DNA of 44,424 bases from positions 1-44,424 of IMG/VR virus record IMGVR_UViG_3300032024_000074; one strand, given 5' to 3'. Positions 1 to 8,031 of the stretch are shown here, one piece after another. This DNA is from a virus. Its lineage: Duplodnaviria; Caudoviricetes. Position 1 is the first letter of the stretch, and the number at the start of each line of letters is the position of its first letter. Below the pieces are notes generated by a model. It saw nothing but the letters and a program-made list of their open reading frames with translations, had not been told where the DNA came from and searched no databases. The position numbers and the translations under genes are program-made.

Positions 1-1
1 G

Positions 2-703
2 GCGAGGTCGGCGGCGGAGTCGGCGGCGGAGTCGGCGGCGTGGTCGGCGGCGTGATCGGCGGCGGAGTCGGCGGCGTGGTCGGCGGCGTGGTCGGCGGCG
101 GAGTCGGCGGCGTGGTCGGCGGCGGAGTCGGCGGCGTGGTCGGCGGCGCTTGATCGCTGGATCGCGATCTGGTTGCCATTCGTCGATGCGTACGAGGCCG
201 GCCTCTGGCTCTTCTTCGTGCTCGAGCGCGAGGTGATCGCGGTGCCGCGGCCAGCGCTGCAAATCGCCGGCGAGCAGCTCCACTGCGAGGACGGACCCGC
301 CGTGCAGTGGCCCGGCGGCGCTGCGTACTACTTCGTGCGCGGAGTCCAGGTGCCGGGAGACATCATCGAGCGGCCAGACCTGCTGACGGCGGATCGAATC
401 AGCGTCGAGCGAAACAGTGAAATCCGCCGGGTGATGCTGGACCGCTTCGGAGCGGCGCGCTGGCTCGCTGAGATCGGCGCGCGGCCGGTGCATGAGGATT
501 CGTGCGGGCGCCTCTACCGAGCGGAGCTCATGGACGACGAGCCGCTCGTGATGGTCGAGGTCGTGAACGCGACGCCGGAGCCGGACGGGAGCACCAAAAC
601 CTACTGGCTTCGGGTTCCCCCAGACATTGAGACGGCTCGCGCCGCCGTTGCATGGACGTTCGACATCTCACCCGAGCGGTACGCGCCGCTCATCGAGACA
701 TGA
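2..703 (+). CDS. DUF6745-like phage protein, 5'-truncated by the window edge, with an in-frame TGA at 53-55
   Basis: C-terminus LHCEDGPAV...VEVVNATPEPDGSTKTYWLRVPP...ARAAVAWTF resembles DUF6745. The frame continues upstream of 173 through the SAAW repeats. Confidence 0.75.
8..151 (+). repeat. 12 tandem 12-bp units TCGGCGGCG-NNN encoding SAA[E/W] repeats
   Basis: Read directly: the variable codon is GAG, GAG, TGG, TGA, GAG, TGG, TGG, GAG, TGG, GAG, TGG, CTT. The array is in frame with ORF 173..703. Confidence 0.95.
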
Positions 704-714
704 GAGGGGACTAG

Positions 715-2139
715 ATGGCCACCGCACCCACCACCACCGAGCCGCGCCGACCCGGCCGCCTCACGATGATCGAGTCCCGCCCCCAAGTGCTCGGCTACGT
801 CGTGATCGGCGAGCCCGGCGAGAAGTACCCGCGCAAGCTGGACCATTTTGAAATCCGCCGCCCCTCGCGCGACGCGAAGGACATCCTCGAGCTGGACCTG
901 CCGCTGATGCTCGCGCTCATGGCACGCGCCGGCGACGCGATGCTCACCTGCGGCGGCTGCGAGCGGTGCGAGGAGATCGAGAAGCGCTTCAAGGTTCAGC
1001 TCCCTCGAGGCCTGCCGCGCCGCCTCGGCGTCTACCTGCCGAGCGATGACCTCGACACGGTCTTCCCGACGAGTCTCGCCTGGTATCGGGGCCGGCGGCG
1101 CGTCTGCTACGGCGACGGTCAGACGGCACTACGCACCCAGGTCAGCGGCACCAGCGACAAGCTCGCGTTCGGGCCGCAGCTACAGCACACGCCTTGTGGT
1201 GCGACCTGTCCTGAGTTCCGCGAGCGCAAGTGCAAGCCGAGCGCGCACCTGAACTTCGTGCTCGACGGCCAGCATGTCGTCGGTGGCTTCTACCAGTTCC
1301 GCACCTCGAGCTGGGCCTCGATTCGGGCGATTGAGGGAGGCCTGCAGCAGGTTCAGGAGGTAGCCGGGACGATCCGCTTCGTGCCGCTCGTGCTCGAACT
1401 CGTGCAGCAGCGGGTGCAGCCGGCAAGCGGCGCTCCGGCCGGGAAGGCGCAGATCGCGCGGCTCTATTACCCCGGGTCGTATCGCCAGCTCGTCTCCGAG
1501 GCCCGTGGAGCCCTGGCCGCGGTCGCTCCGCAGCGCGCCGAGATCCGTCGCCTCGAAGCGACGATCGCACACGTCGTCGATGCACCCAGCCACGCAGCAC
1601 AGGCCGCCATCGATGCCGAGTTCTACCAACCCGCGCCGGACGACGAGCTGTCGCAGATCCGCTTCGACCCACAGACCGGAGAGGTGCTGGATGACGGGCC
1701 CGTCATCGACCGGGCTGAGGCGGCGCCGATCGAGACGGCGGCCGCGAGCTCGCCGGCGCCCGCAGCCCTCGCGGCAGCGGCTCCCGATCCCGAGGTTGAT
1801 CCCGCCACCGGAGAGGTGATTCCAGACTGGGTCGGACGCGCGCCGGCCGGTCCCTTCGACGCGACGGCCGAGGAGCTCGCCGCGGAGGGCTCACGAGCTG
1901 CGCCAGGCGACGACGACCAGATCACGACGCTCGAGCGCGACCACGTAGTCGAGCTACTGGACGGCCGCGGCATGGGCACGACCGCACGCCTCAACTGGGT
2001 GCGACGGCTGGTGCGGCGCAACGTCACGACCACGCTCGCACTGACCCAGGGCGAGTACGAGAAGGTATGCGCCGAGCTCGGCACCCAGCCGCGGCGGTCC
2101 CAGGCTCCCGAGCTGCCGCTCGAGGAGGCGAGCGCGTGA
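715..2139 (+). CDS. Recombination directionality factor-like (Gp3-like) protein with low-complexity C-terminal part
   Basis: Motifs GEKYPRKLDHF, CYGDG, CKP..LNFVL and YQFRTSSW.SI are typical of this phage family. RBS-like GAGAGGGG upstream. Confidence 0.7.
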   Translation: MATAPTTTEPRRPGRLTMIESRPQVLGYVVIGEPGEKYPRKLDHFEIRRPSRDAKDILELDLPLMLALMARAGDAMLTCGGCERCEEIEKRFKVQLPRGLPRRLGVYLPSDDLDTVFPTSLAWYRGRRRVCYGDGQTALRTQVSGTSDKLAFGPQLQHTPCGATCPEFRERKCKPSAHLNFVLDGQHVVGGFYQFRTSSWASIRAIEGGLQQVQEVAGTIRFVPLVLELVQQRVQPASGAPAGKAQIARLYYPGSYRQLVSEARGALAAVAPQRAEIRRLEATIAHVVDAPSHAAQAAIDAEFYQPAPDDELSQIRFDPQTGEVLDDGPVIDRAEAAPIETAAASSPAPAALAAAAPDPEVDPATGEVIPDWVGRAPAGPFDATAEELAAEGSRAAPGDDDQITTLERDHVVELLDGRGMGTTARLNWVRRLVRRNVTTTLALTQGEYEKVCAELGTQPRRSQAPELPLEEASA

Positions 2140-2363
2140 CGGTCGGCGTGCCGGATCCGCACTATGCGGAGTTCGCTGCGAGCCTCGCGCTGAAGGACGC
2201 GGCGACGGCTTACGAGAAGGCGCTCGAGCAGTACGAGCGCATCCCGCATCGGCACATCGAGATCCGCATGAAGGCGCGCAAGCGAGTGAGCCTGGCCGCG
2301 GGCGAGGTGGATCGGCAACGCAAGCGGCTCGCCGCGATTCGGGCGCTGCGGGTGGCGACCTGA
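2136..2363 (+). CDS. Hypothetical helical protein (75 aa)
   Basis: GTG start overlaps the previous TGA (GTGA); the stop overlaps the next ATG (TGATG). Confidence 0.6.
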   Translation: MTVGVPDPHYAEFAASLALKDAATAYEKALEQYERIPHRHIEIRMKARKRVSLAAGEVDRQRKRLAAIRALRVAT

Positions 2364-2650
2364 TGGAGCAGCCGGGTCTGTTCGATCGGCCGCCCAGGGC
2401 ACGAACTCGCGATCCGTTAAGTAGCCATCGCTCAGCCGACGAGCTCGAGCGCAGCGGGCGAGGCGCACAGCAGTCGGCGCTCGTGCTTGATCTCGTTCGT
2501 CGCACGCAGGGGCTCACGAGTGCTGAGCTTTCGGCGCGACACGGTGTCGATCGGCACATGGTGGCGCGAAGGCTCAGCGAGCTCGAGCGCCGTGGTCTGG
2601 TGCGACGGATCGAATACGGATCGAAACAGATCCGGTGGAACCTGGCGTGA
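2363..2650 (+). CDS. Winged-helix DNA-binding protein
   Basis: RARTRDPLSSH N-terminal motif followed by GLTSAELS...VARRLSELERRGLV, a wHTH pattern. Confidence 0.8.
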   Translation: MEQPGLFDRPPRARTRDPLSSHRSADELERSGRGAQQSALVLDLVRRTQGLTSAELSARHGVDRHMVARRLSELERRGLVRRIEYGSKQIRWNLA

Positions 2651-2955
2651 CCGATCCGTCCCCGCACCAGGCTCTCCCGCTGCGTCTCCTGCCCGGTAGC
2701 GCGAAGCTGCACGTCGAGCTGGCGTGCGGGAACCGGAGCAACGTCGTGCTCCTGCGCGAACCGCCGCGGCCCGACGTCTTCGTGCTGAAGCTTTTCTGGC
2801 ATACGCCCGATGGCAAGACGTCTCCACCCGTCATGCTGCAGATGGTGAGCGAAACGTCTCCGCTCGAGGTGGCCGCGTGGCTCACGCGCGTCGCCGCCGG
2901 GCTCTTCGCGGGAATCATGGACGTGCCGGCGGCTGAGGAGGCGCCTAATTCGTGA
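2647..2955 (+). CDS. Hypothetical protein
   Basis: GTGA-coupled start; fills the operon without a gap. Confidence 0.5.
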   Translation: MTDPSPHQALPLRLLPGSAKLHVELACGNRSNVVLLREPPRPDVFVLKLFWHTPDGKTSPPVMLQMVSETSPLEVAAWLTRVAAGLFAGIMDVPAAEEAPNS

Positions 2956-2971
2956 GCAGACAGGAGGAGAG

Positions 2972-3157
2972 ATGAAGAAGAAGAGGATCGTTCGCTATGG
3001 AATCGTGCTGCCGGGAGGCACGCTCCACCAACGCCGGACGTTCGTCAGTGAAGGCGCAGCGTGGAATCAGATCGTGAAGCGCTTCGGTATGAAGTACCGG
3101 CATAAGGCGCAGGAGCAGGGCTACTCAGTCTCGCCCGTCCGGCTCGTGGTGGCGTGA
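2972..3157 (+). CDS. Small basic hypothetical protein
   Basis: Strong RBS AGGAGGAG before the ATG. Confidence 0.65.
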   Translation: MKKKRIVRYGIVLPGGTLHQRRTFVSEGAAWNQIVKRFGMKYRHKAQEQGYSVSPVRLVVA

Positions 3158-3161
3158 CCTC

Positions 3162-4943
3162 ATGATCCTCGGCCGCACAGCGAAAGGGGACCTGCGCCTC
3201 CCGAGCGACGCCGTCACGCAGCCGTTCGGGATCCTCGGCCGCCGCGGATCCGGCAAGACCTACGTCGGCGGCGTCCTGGCCGAGGGCATGCTCGCGGACC
3301 GCCAGCAGGTCGTGATCTTCGACCCGGTCGGAACTTTCTGGAGCCTTCGACTTTCCGCGGACGGAAAGGGCCCTGGCTTCGCGATCCCGGTCTTCGGCGG
3401 CGCACACGGCGACGTCCCGATCGAGCCTGGCGCCGGCGCGCTCCTGGCCGACTTGATCGTCGACAAGGCCCTGTCCGCGGTGCTCGATGTCTCGGAGCTG
3501 CGCAAGGGCCCGCGCAAGGACTTCGTAACGGCCTTCGCCGAGCAGCTCTTCCATCGCAAGAAGAAGGACCGCTCGCCGATGCACCTCATGATCGAGGAGG
3601 CCCAGGTCTTCGCGCCGCAGCAGTGCGGACCTGACGAGAAGCGGATGCTCGGCGCGATGGAGGACCTGGTGCGGCTGGGCCGCAACTACGGGATCGGCGT
3701 CTCCATGCTGTCCCAGCGGCCACAGAGTGTGAACAAGGAGGTCCTCTCGCAGGTCGAGTGCCTGATCGTCCTGCAGACGTCTGGCGCGCACGAGCGGAAG
3801 GCGATCGAGGCCTGGGTCGTGGAGCACGGCATCGACGTGGCCGCCATGGTGCGCGAGCTGCCGGCGCTGGCGCAGGGCGAGGCGTTCGTCTGGTCGCCGC
3901 AGTGGCTCCGCCGGCTCGACCGCGTGCGGATCGCGAAGAAGCGGACGTTCGACGCGTCTGCCACGCCCACGAGGCGGGAGCGGGAGATCGAGCCGCGCCA
4001 GCTCGAGGCCGGCGAGCTCGAGCAGCTCCGCGGCGCGATGGCCGACGTCGTGAAGCGTGCTGAGGAGAACGACCCGACGAAGCTGCGCAAGCGAATCGCG
4101 CAGCTCGAGCGGGACCTGGCGGCGGGCGCGAAGGCGACACCGGCAGCCGACGGAGAGGCGCTCGCCCGCGCGTTCGCAGCCGGGCGGGCAGAGGGGGCCG
4201 GTGACGCCAATGGGCGGCTGACGCGGCTCGCTGCCCAGGTGCAGGCGCGTGACGGGCGGGCAGCCAGGGCCCTCGACGCGGCCCTCATCGCGCTGCAGAA
4301 GGCAGGCGACGCCGTGCGAGAGCCGATCGACGTGGATTTCCAGGCCTCGACCCGGACCGTCGCGTTGGCGCCAGTCCGTCTCGGGAAGACCGAAGAGATG
4401 CTGCTCAAGCGAACCCCAGGGCAGTTCGTCGTGGAGCGGAGGCCGCGTGCGGAAGGCGTCACTGGCCCCATGCAGCGCATCCTCGATGCCATCTCTTGGC
4501 TCGAGTCGATCGGAGTGGGAGAGCCCGAGCAGACGGCGGTGGCTTTCCTGGCTGGCTACACGATCGGCGGCGGCGCCTGGAACAATCCGCGCGGCGCGCT
4601 CCGAACGGCGGGCCTGATCGAGTACCTGCCGGTGGACCGAGTCCGACTGACGGACGCCGGGCGGCGCGCCGCGGTCGAGCCAAGCGCACCGCTCACGACG
4701 ACTGAGCTTCACGATCGCGTTCTCGGCCGCCTGCCAGGCCCCGAGCAGAAGATCCTCGCCGTTCTCCTGGCCGCCTACCCGGACGCCGTCGCGAATGACG
4801 AGCTCGCGCGCCGTGCCGGATACGAGCCGGGAGGTGGCGCGTACAACAACCCGCGAGGCCGGCTCCGATCGCTCGGCCTCGTCGAGTACCCCGAGCGCGG
4901 CCAGGTCAGAGCTCGGCCGCTGCTCTTCTTGGAGGACCGATGA
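3162..4943 (+). CDS. HerA/FtsK-superfamily (DUF87-like) ATPase with tandem C-terminal winged-helix repeats
   Basis: Walker A GRRGSGKT, Walker B MIEEAQ, GRNYGIG and SQRPQSVNKEVLSQ. Two repeats: GYTIGGGAWNNPRGALRTAGLIEY and GYEPGGGAYNNPRGRLRSLGLVEY. Confidence 0.85.
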   Translation: MILGRTAKGDLRLPSDAVTQPFGILGRRGSGKTYVGGVLAEGMLADRQQVVIFDPVGTFWSLRLSADGKGPGFAIPVFGGAHGDVPIEPGAGALLADLIVDKALSAVLDVSELRKGPRKDFVTAFAEQLFHRKKKDRSPMHLMIEEAQVFAPQQCGPDEKRMLGAMEDLVRLGRNYGIGVSMLSQRPQSVNKEVLSQVECLIVLQTSGAHERKAIEAWVVEHGIDVAAMVRELPALAQGEAFVWSPQWLRRLDRVRIAKKRTFDASATPTRREREIEPRQLEAGELEQLRGAMADVVKRAEENDPTKLRKRIAQLERDLAAGAKATPAADGEALARAFAAGRAEGAGDANGRLTRLAAQVQARDGRAARALDAALIALQKAGDAVREPIDVDFQASTRTVALAPVRLGKTEEMLLKRTPGQFVVERRPRAEGVTGPMQRILDAISWLESIGVGEPEQTAVAFLAGYTIGGGAWNNPRGALRTAGLIEYLPVDRVRLTDAGRRAAVEPSAPLTTTELHDRVLGRLPGPEQKILAVLLAAYPDAVANDELARRAGYEPGGGAYNNPRGRLRSLGLVEYPERGQVRARPLLFLEDR

Positions 4944-5404
4944 ACGTCTACGTCGCCTCGTCCTGGCGCAACGAACGCCAGCCTGAAGTGGTGCGAATGC
5001 TGCGCGCTGCCGGCCACACCGTTTACGACTTCCGCAACCCGGAACCGGGCGACACTGGCTTTCAGTGGAGCGCGATCGATCCCGAGTGGGAGACCTGGAC
5101 GCCCGAGCAGTTCCGCGATGCGCTCAACAATTCGATCGCGGCGCAAGGCCGCTGGAATGACGAGCAAGCGCTGAAGAAGTCCAACGCCGTCGTGCTCGTG
5201 ACGCCGTGCGGCCGGAGCGCGCATCTCGAGCTGGGATGGGGAATCGGCGCGGAAAAATTCACGGCGATCTTGCTGGACGAGAAGCCGCAGGAGCCCGAGC
5301 TGATGTACGGCTCCGCCACTCGGATCTGCCTCGATCTCGCCGAGCTCGTCGAGGAGCTGCGCTTGGCTCACGACACCTATCGCACGTCCTGGCGCCCCGC
5401 GTGA
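4940..5404 (+). CDS. Nucleoside 2-deoxyribosyltransferase/Rcl-like (flavodoxin/TIR-like fold) protein
   Basis: N-terminal YVASSWRN, YDFR, D..AL and CGRSAHLELGW (putative catalytic Glu). ATGA-coupled to the ATPase. Confidence 0.7.
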   Translation: MNVYVASSWRNERQPEVVRMLRAAGHTVYDFRNPEPGDTGFQWSAIDPEWETWTPEQFRDALNNSIAAQGRWNDEQALKKSNAVVLVTPCGRSAHLELGWGIGAEKFTAILLDEKPQEPELMYGSATRICLDLAELVEELRLAHDTYRTSWRPA

Positions 5405-5574
5405 GCGCGACCGAGACCGCGAAGCCCGTCTCTGTCCTGGCCCGTATGGACGGCTGGTGTCCGGCGTGTGGCGAGGCGATCGAGGCCGGCACGCAGATCG
5501 TGCTCACGAGCGACGGCCGCTGGGTGCACGGCGGAGAGGGGGACGAGTGCCGAGCTGAGTGGGAAGGCGAATAG
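5401..5574 (+). CDS. Small Zn-finger-like protein (57 aa)
   Basis: GTGA-coupled start; CPACG...WVH...C motif. Confidence 0.6.
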   Translation: MSATETAKPVSVLARMDGWCPACGEAIEAGTQIVLTSDGRWVHGGEGDECRAEWEGE

Positions 5575-5581
5575 AAAACGA

Positions 5582-5818
5582 ATGAACGCCTCGAGACTCA
5601 CCTACCGGCCCATCGAGCTCGCGCGTCTCTCGGGGCTCTCGGAGCGCACAGTGAGGCGCGCGATCAAGGACGGTGCCCTGCCCGCGACGCGGCGCGGCCG
5701 AGCGGTCCTTGTACCAGCCGAGGCTGCCGAGCGGTGGCTGCAGGGATCTCCGCCGATCGCCGCGGCCTCTGAGCCGCTCCGCGCAGAAGCCCGCCGCTTG
5801 CTTGAGCGGCTGGCGTAG
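5582..5818 (+). CDS. xis: Excisionase (MerR-like/HTH_17 DNA-binding protein)
   Basis: LTYRPIELARLSGLSERTVRRAIKDGALPATRRGRAVLVP pattern, directly upstream of the integrase. Confidence 0.8.
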   Translation: MNASRLTYRPIELARLSGLSERTVRRAIKDGALPATRRGRAVLVPAEAAERWLQGSPPIAAASEPLRAEARRLLERLA

Positions 5819-5843
5819 GATGCGCGCTCGAGGAGGGCGCGCG

Positions 5844-7073
5844 GTGGGCATCCGGCTCAAGCGGATCAAGGGGCGGCTCTACATCCTGCGAACGCGCCCA
5901 GGCCGGCCGGCGCGGGCGGAGGCGCAGGGCCCGGACACTCCCGAGGTGCGGGCCCGGGCAGAGGCGCTCGTGGCTGCCGCGCGCGAGGAGCTGCGCGCGG
6001 ACCGTGCGCTCGGCGCCGACGGCCTGGTGCCGACGCTCGCGGCGATGGCCGGCAAGTACCTGCGCGAGGACACAGCCCGGCTCGCTCCCACCACGCGCGG
6101 CGATCGGCCGCTCTACCTGCGCGCGGGCGGCGCGCTGCTCGGGCCCCTCGGGCCCCTGCGTATGGACGCGATCACGCCTGCGGTCCTGCGGGGCTGGTGG
6201 GGAGAGTGGATCGAAGGGCGCAGCCGGACGCTTGCGACCGGCCGGCACTATCTCGACGTGCTGCAGGCGGTCTACCGCTACGCGCTGGACCTCGAGCTCG
6301 TCGAGTCGAGTCCGGTGCCAGCGTATCGAGAGATCCTGCGGCGACACGCGCGCACCAAGGGCGGCAGAGCCACGATCGAGGCGTCAGTGGTGCGCCCGCT
6401 GGCAGGCGAGGAGATCGGCCGCCTGCTGGCCTCTGCGCGCGTCGAGGGCGCCCGCGACGAGGTGCTCGTGCTGCTCGGGCTCGACGCAGGCCTGCGGCTG
6501 GGCGAGATCCTCGGCCTGCGCTGGGGCGCCGTCTCGCCCGGCGATCCGGGTCGGCATCTCCACCTCGATGCAGAGAGTAATCGTCCGCGCGGCATCAAGC
6601 GGGCCGAGGCTCCGAAGAGCGGGCGTGGGCGGACGGTCGAGCTGTCGCTGCGACTGCGGGATGCGCTCGGCGCACTGCGACGCGAGCGTATGCAGCCGGG
6701 CCCTGGCGAGCTCGTGGCGCGCGGGGTGGACCCGCACAACTGGCGTCGTCGGGAGTGGAGGCGGATCTGCGACCGGGCGGGGCTCGGGCAGCGCCGGATC
6801 CACGATCTGCGGGACACCTACGCGAGCCACCTGGTCTCGGCCGGGTTCCCGCTCGCCTACGTGGCCGAGCAGCTTGGGCATGCCGACATGGGCACCACGG
6901 CGAGGCACTACGCGCGCTGGATCTCGCGCGGGCGGTACGTTCCGCCGCCCGTCCTGGAGGCCGGAGAGGTGCCCGCGGACGTGCTCGCGCGAGCTGCCTC
7001 AGGGCCTCTCCAGGGAGAGGCAGTAACGAGGCAGCCATCGATCCGCAGCTCGGGGCGCAAGGTCTCGCGGTGA
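5844..7073 (+). CDS. int: Tyrosine recombinase / phage integrase
   Basis: Catalytic set GLRLGE (R), PKSG (K), IHDLRDTY (HxxR), LGH and HYAR (Y). AGGAGG at 5831-5836 favours GTG 5844; ATG 5820 is the alternative. Confidence 0.95.
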   Translation: MGIRLKRIKGRLYILRTRPGRPARAEAQGPDTPEVRARAEALVAAAREELRADRALGADGLVPTLAAMAGKYLREDTARLAPTTRGDRPLYLRAGGALLGPLGPLRMDAITPAVLRGWWGEWIEGRSRTLATGRHYLDVLQAVYRYALDLELVESSPVPAYREILRRHARTKGGRATIEASVVRPLAGEEIGRLLASARVEGARDEVLVLLGLDAGLRLGEILGLRWGAVSPGDPGRHLHLDAESNRPRGIKRAEAPKSGRGRTVELSLRLRDALGALRRERMQPGPGELVARGVDPHNWRRREWRRICDRAGLGQRRIHDLRDTYASHLVSAGFPLAYVAEQLGHADMGTTARHYARWISRGRYVPPPVLEAGEVPADVLARAASGPLQGEAVTRQPSIRSSGRKVSR

Positions 7074-7074
7074 A

Positions 7075-7118
7075 TGGTGACCCGGGCGCGATTCGAACGC
7101 GCGACCCCCAGCTTCGGA
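7075..7118 (-). other. attP core: 3' half of a tRNA-Arg(CCG) gene
   Basis: Minus strand reads TCCGAA GCTGG GGGTC GCGCG TTCGAAT CGCGC CCGGGTC A CCA: anticodon loop, variable loop, T-arm, acceptor strand and CCA. There is no 5' half. It starts 2 nt after the integrase stop. Confidence 0.85.
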
Positions 7119-7227
7119 TGGCGGTCTCGGAATCAGGCTAACTAGCTGCTATTGCTGGAGAATAACGAAATCGAGCTGCCTAAGCGTCCGGCCTCGGCGC
7201 GCCCGGATGGGACAGACTGAGAGGCAG

Positions 7228-7638
7228 CTACTGCGCCAGCGCCGGCGCCTGCGGCGTCCCGAGTTCGAGCTTCGGGGCCGGGAAGATGATCCTCGAGGCG
7301 CTGATCGGCCCGGTGAGCCCGTTGGCGTTCGTGCAGTTCGCCGTCGCGCCGCCCTCGCCGGTGGCCGACGGGAAGCCGACGAGGTACGCCACCCCGGGCA
7401 GCGGCGCGGTCACGGTGACGGTTGCCGTGCCGCCTTGCCAGGCGGAGGTCACCTGGCAGTCGCGGTAGAAATCCTGCCCGACGGGCAGCGGCGGCGTGCC
7501 GCCGTCCATCTCCTGCGCGCAGATCCGGAACTCGCCGGCGGGCGACGCGGTGATCGAGGTCTGGTGCCCCGGGCACGCCGCTGAGGCCGGCCAGGGCATC
7601 GTCGCCAGCACGAGCGCGAGCAGTAGTCCGTTCGTCAT
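7228..7638 (-). CDS. Secreted beta-rich hypothetical protein
   Basis: Signal-peptide-like MTNGLLLALVLATMPWPASA; four Cys; RBS-like GAGGTAGGA. Confidence 0.65.
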   Translation of the reverse strand: MTNGLLLALVLATMPWPASAACPGHQTSITASPAGEFRICAQEMDGGTPPLPVGQDFYRDCQVTSAWQGGTATVTVTAPLPGVAYLVGFPSATGEGGATANCTNANGLTGPISASRIIFPAPKLELGTPQAPALAQ

Positions 7639-7652
7639 CAATCCTACCTCTC

Positions 7653-7808
7653 TCAGTAATCAATCCACGCGCTGAACGCGCGATATGCCGCAACGGCTCC
7701 CGTGATCGTGAGAGCCCAGAAGGCAGCCGCAAGCGTGAGCGCTACCGCCCAGGCGCGACGCACGGCACGTCGGTCTGCTTCCACAAGCGGAGCATCCCAG
7801 CCGCTCAC
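7653..7808 (-). CDS. Small single-TM membrane protein (51 aa; not in the ORF track)
   Basis: Translated by hand: MSGWDAPLVEADRRAVRRAWAVALTLAAAFWALTITGAVAAYRAFSAWIDY. GTGA-coupled to the upstream gene. Confidence 0.55.
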   Translation of the reverse strand: MSGWDAPLVEADRRAVRRAWAVALTLAAAFWALTITGAVAAYRAFSAWIDY

Positions 7809-8029
7809 GCCCAGTCCCCTCCCGGCGCCGTCCGCTGCGCGACGATCGCCCGGAGCGCCGCGCTCGCGAGCAGCGCATTCTCGCTGAGCAGCACCAGCTC
7901 TTCAGGCTTGAGGTCGCGCCCCTCCGAGGCGGCATCCTTGAGGAGTCGCCATTCTTTGCCGATGGCCGAGACCAAGCTGGGCGTCGCCTCGATCAGCGCA
8001 ATCAGTAGCGGTACGAGAATCGCGGGCAT
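7805..8029 (-). CDS. Small amphipathic lysis-cassette protein
   Basis: Hydrophobic N-terminus, GGGAGGG RBS, and position downstream of the lipobox protein. Confidence 0.6.
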   Translation of the reverse strand: MPAILVPLLIALIEATPSLVSAIGKEWRLLKDAASEGRDLKPEELVLLSENALLASAALRAIVAQRTAPGGDWA

Positions 8030-8031
8030 CT

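Noticed and set aside
53-55. TGA-to-Trp genetic code reassignment suggested by TGA in a TGG position
   Set aside because: Many genes end in TGA with overlapping starts (GTGA, ATGA, TGATG), so TGA is a normal stop here.
8-151. Possible CRISPR array or iterons
   Set aside because: Units are 12 bp with no unique spacers, are in frame with a coding region, and no cas genes are present.
3045-4712. Long antisense ORFs (also 31516..32853, 41939..43429, 26492..27802, 35122..36267)
   Set aside because: They lie opposite well-supported genes and lack motifs; such shadows are expected in high-GC DNA.
7075-7118. Complete tRNA gene
   Set aside because: The D-arm and 5' acceptor strand are missing; it is better explained as an att core.
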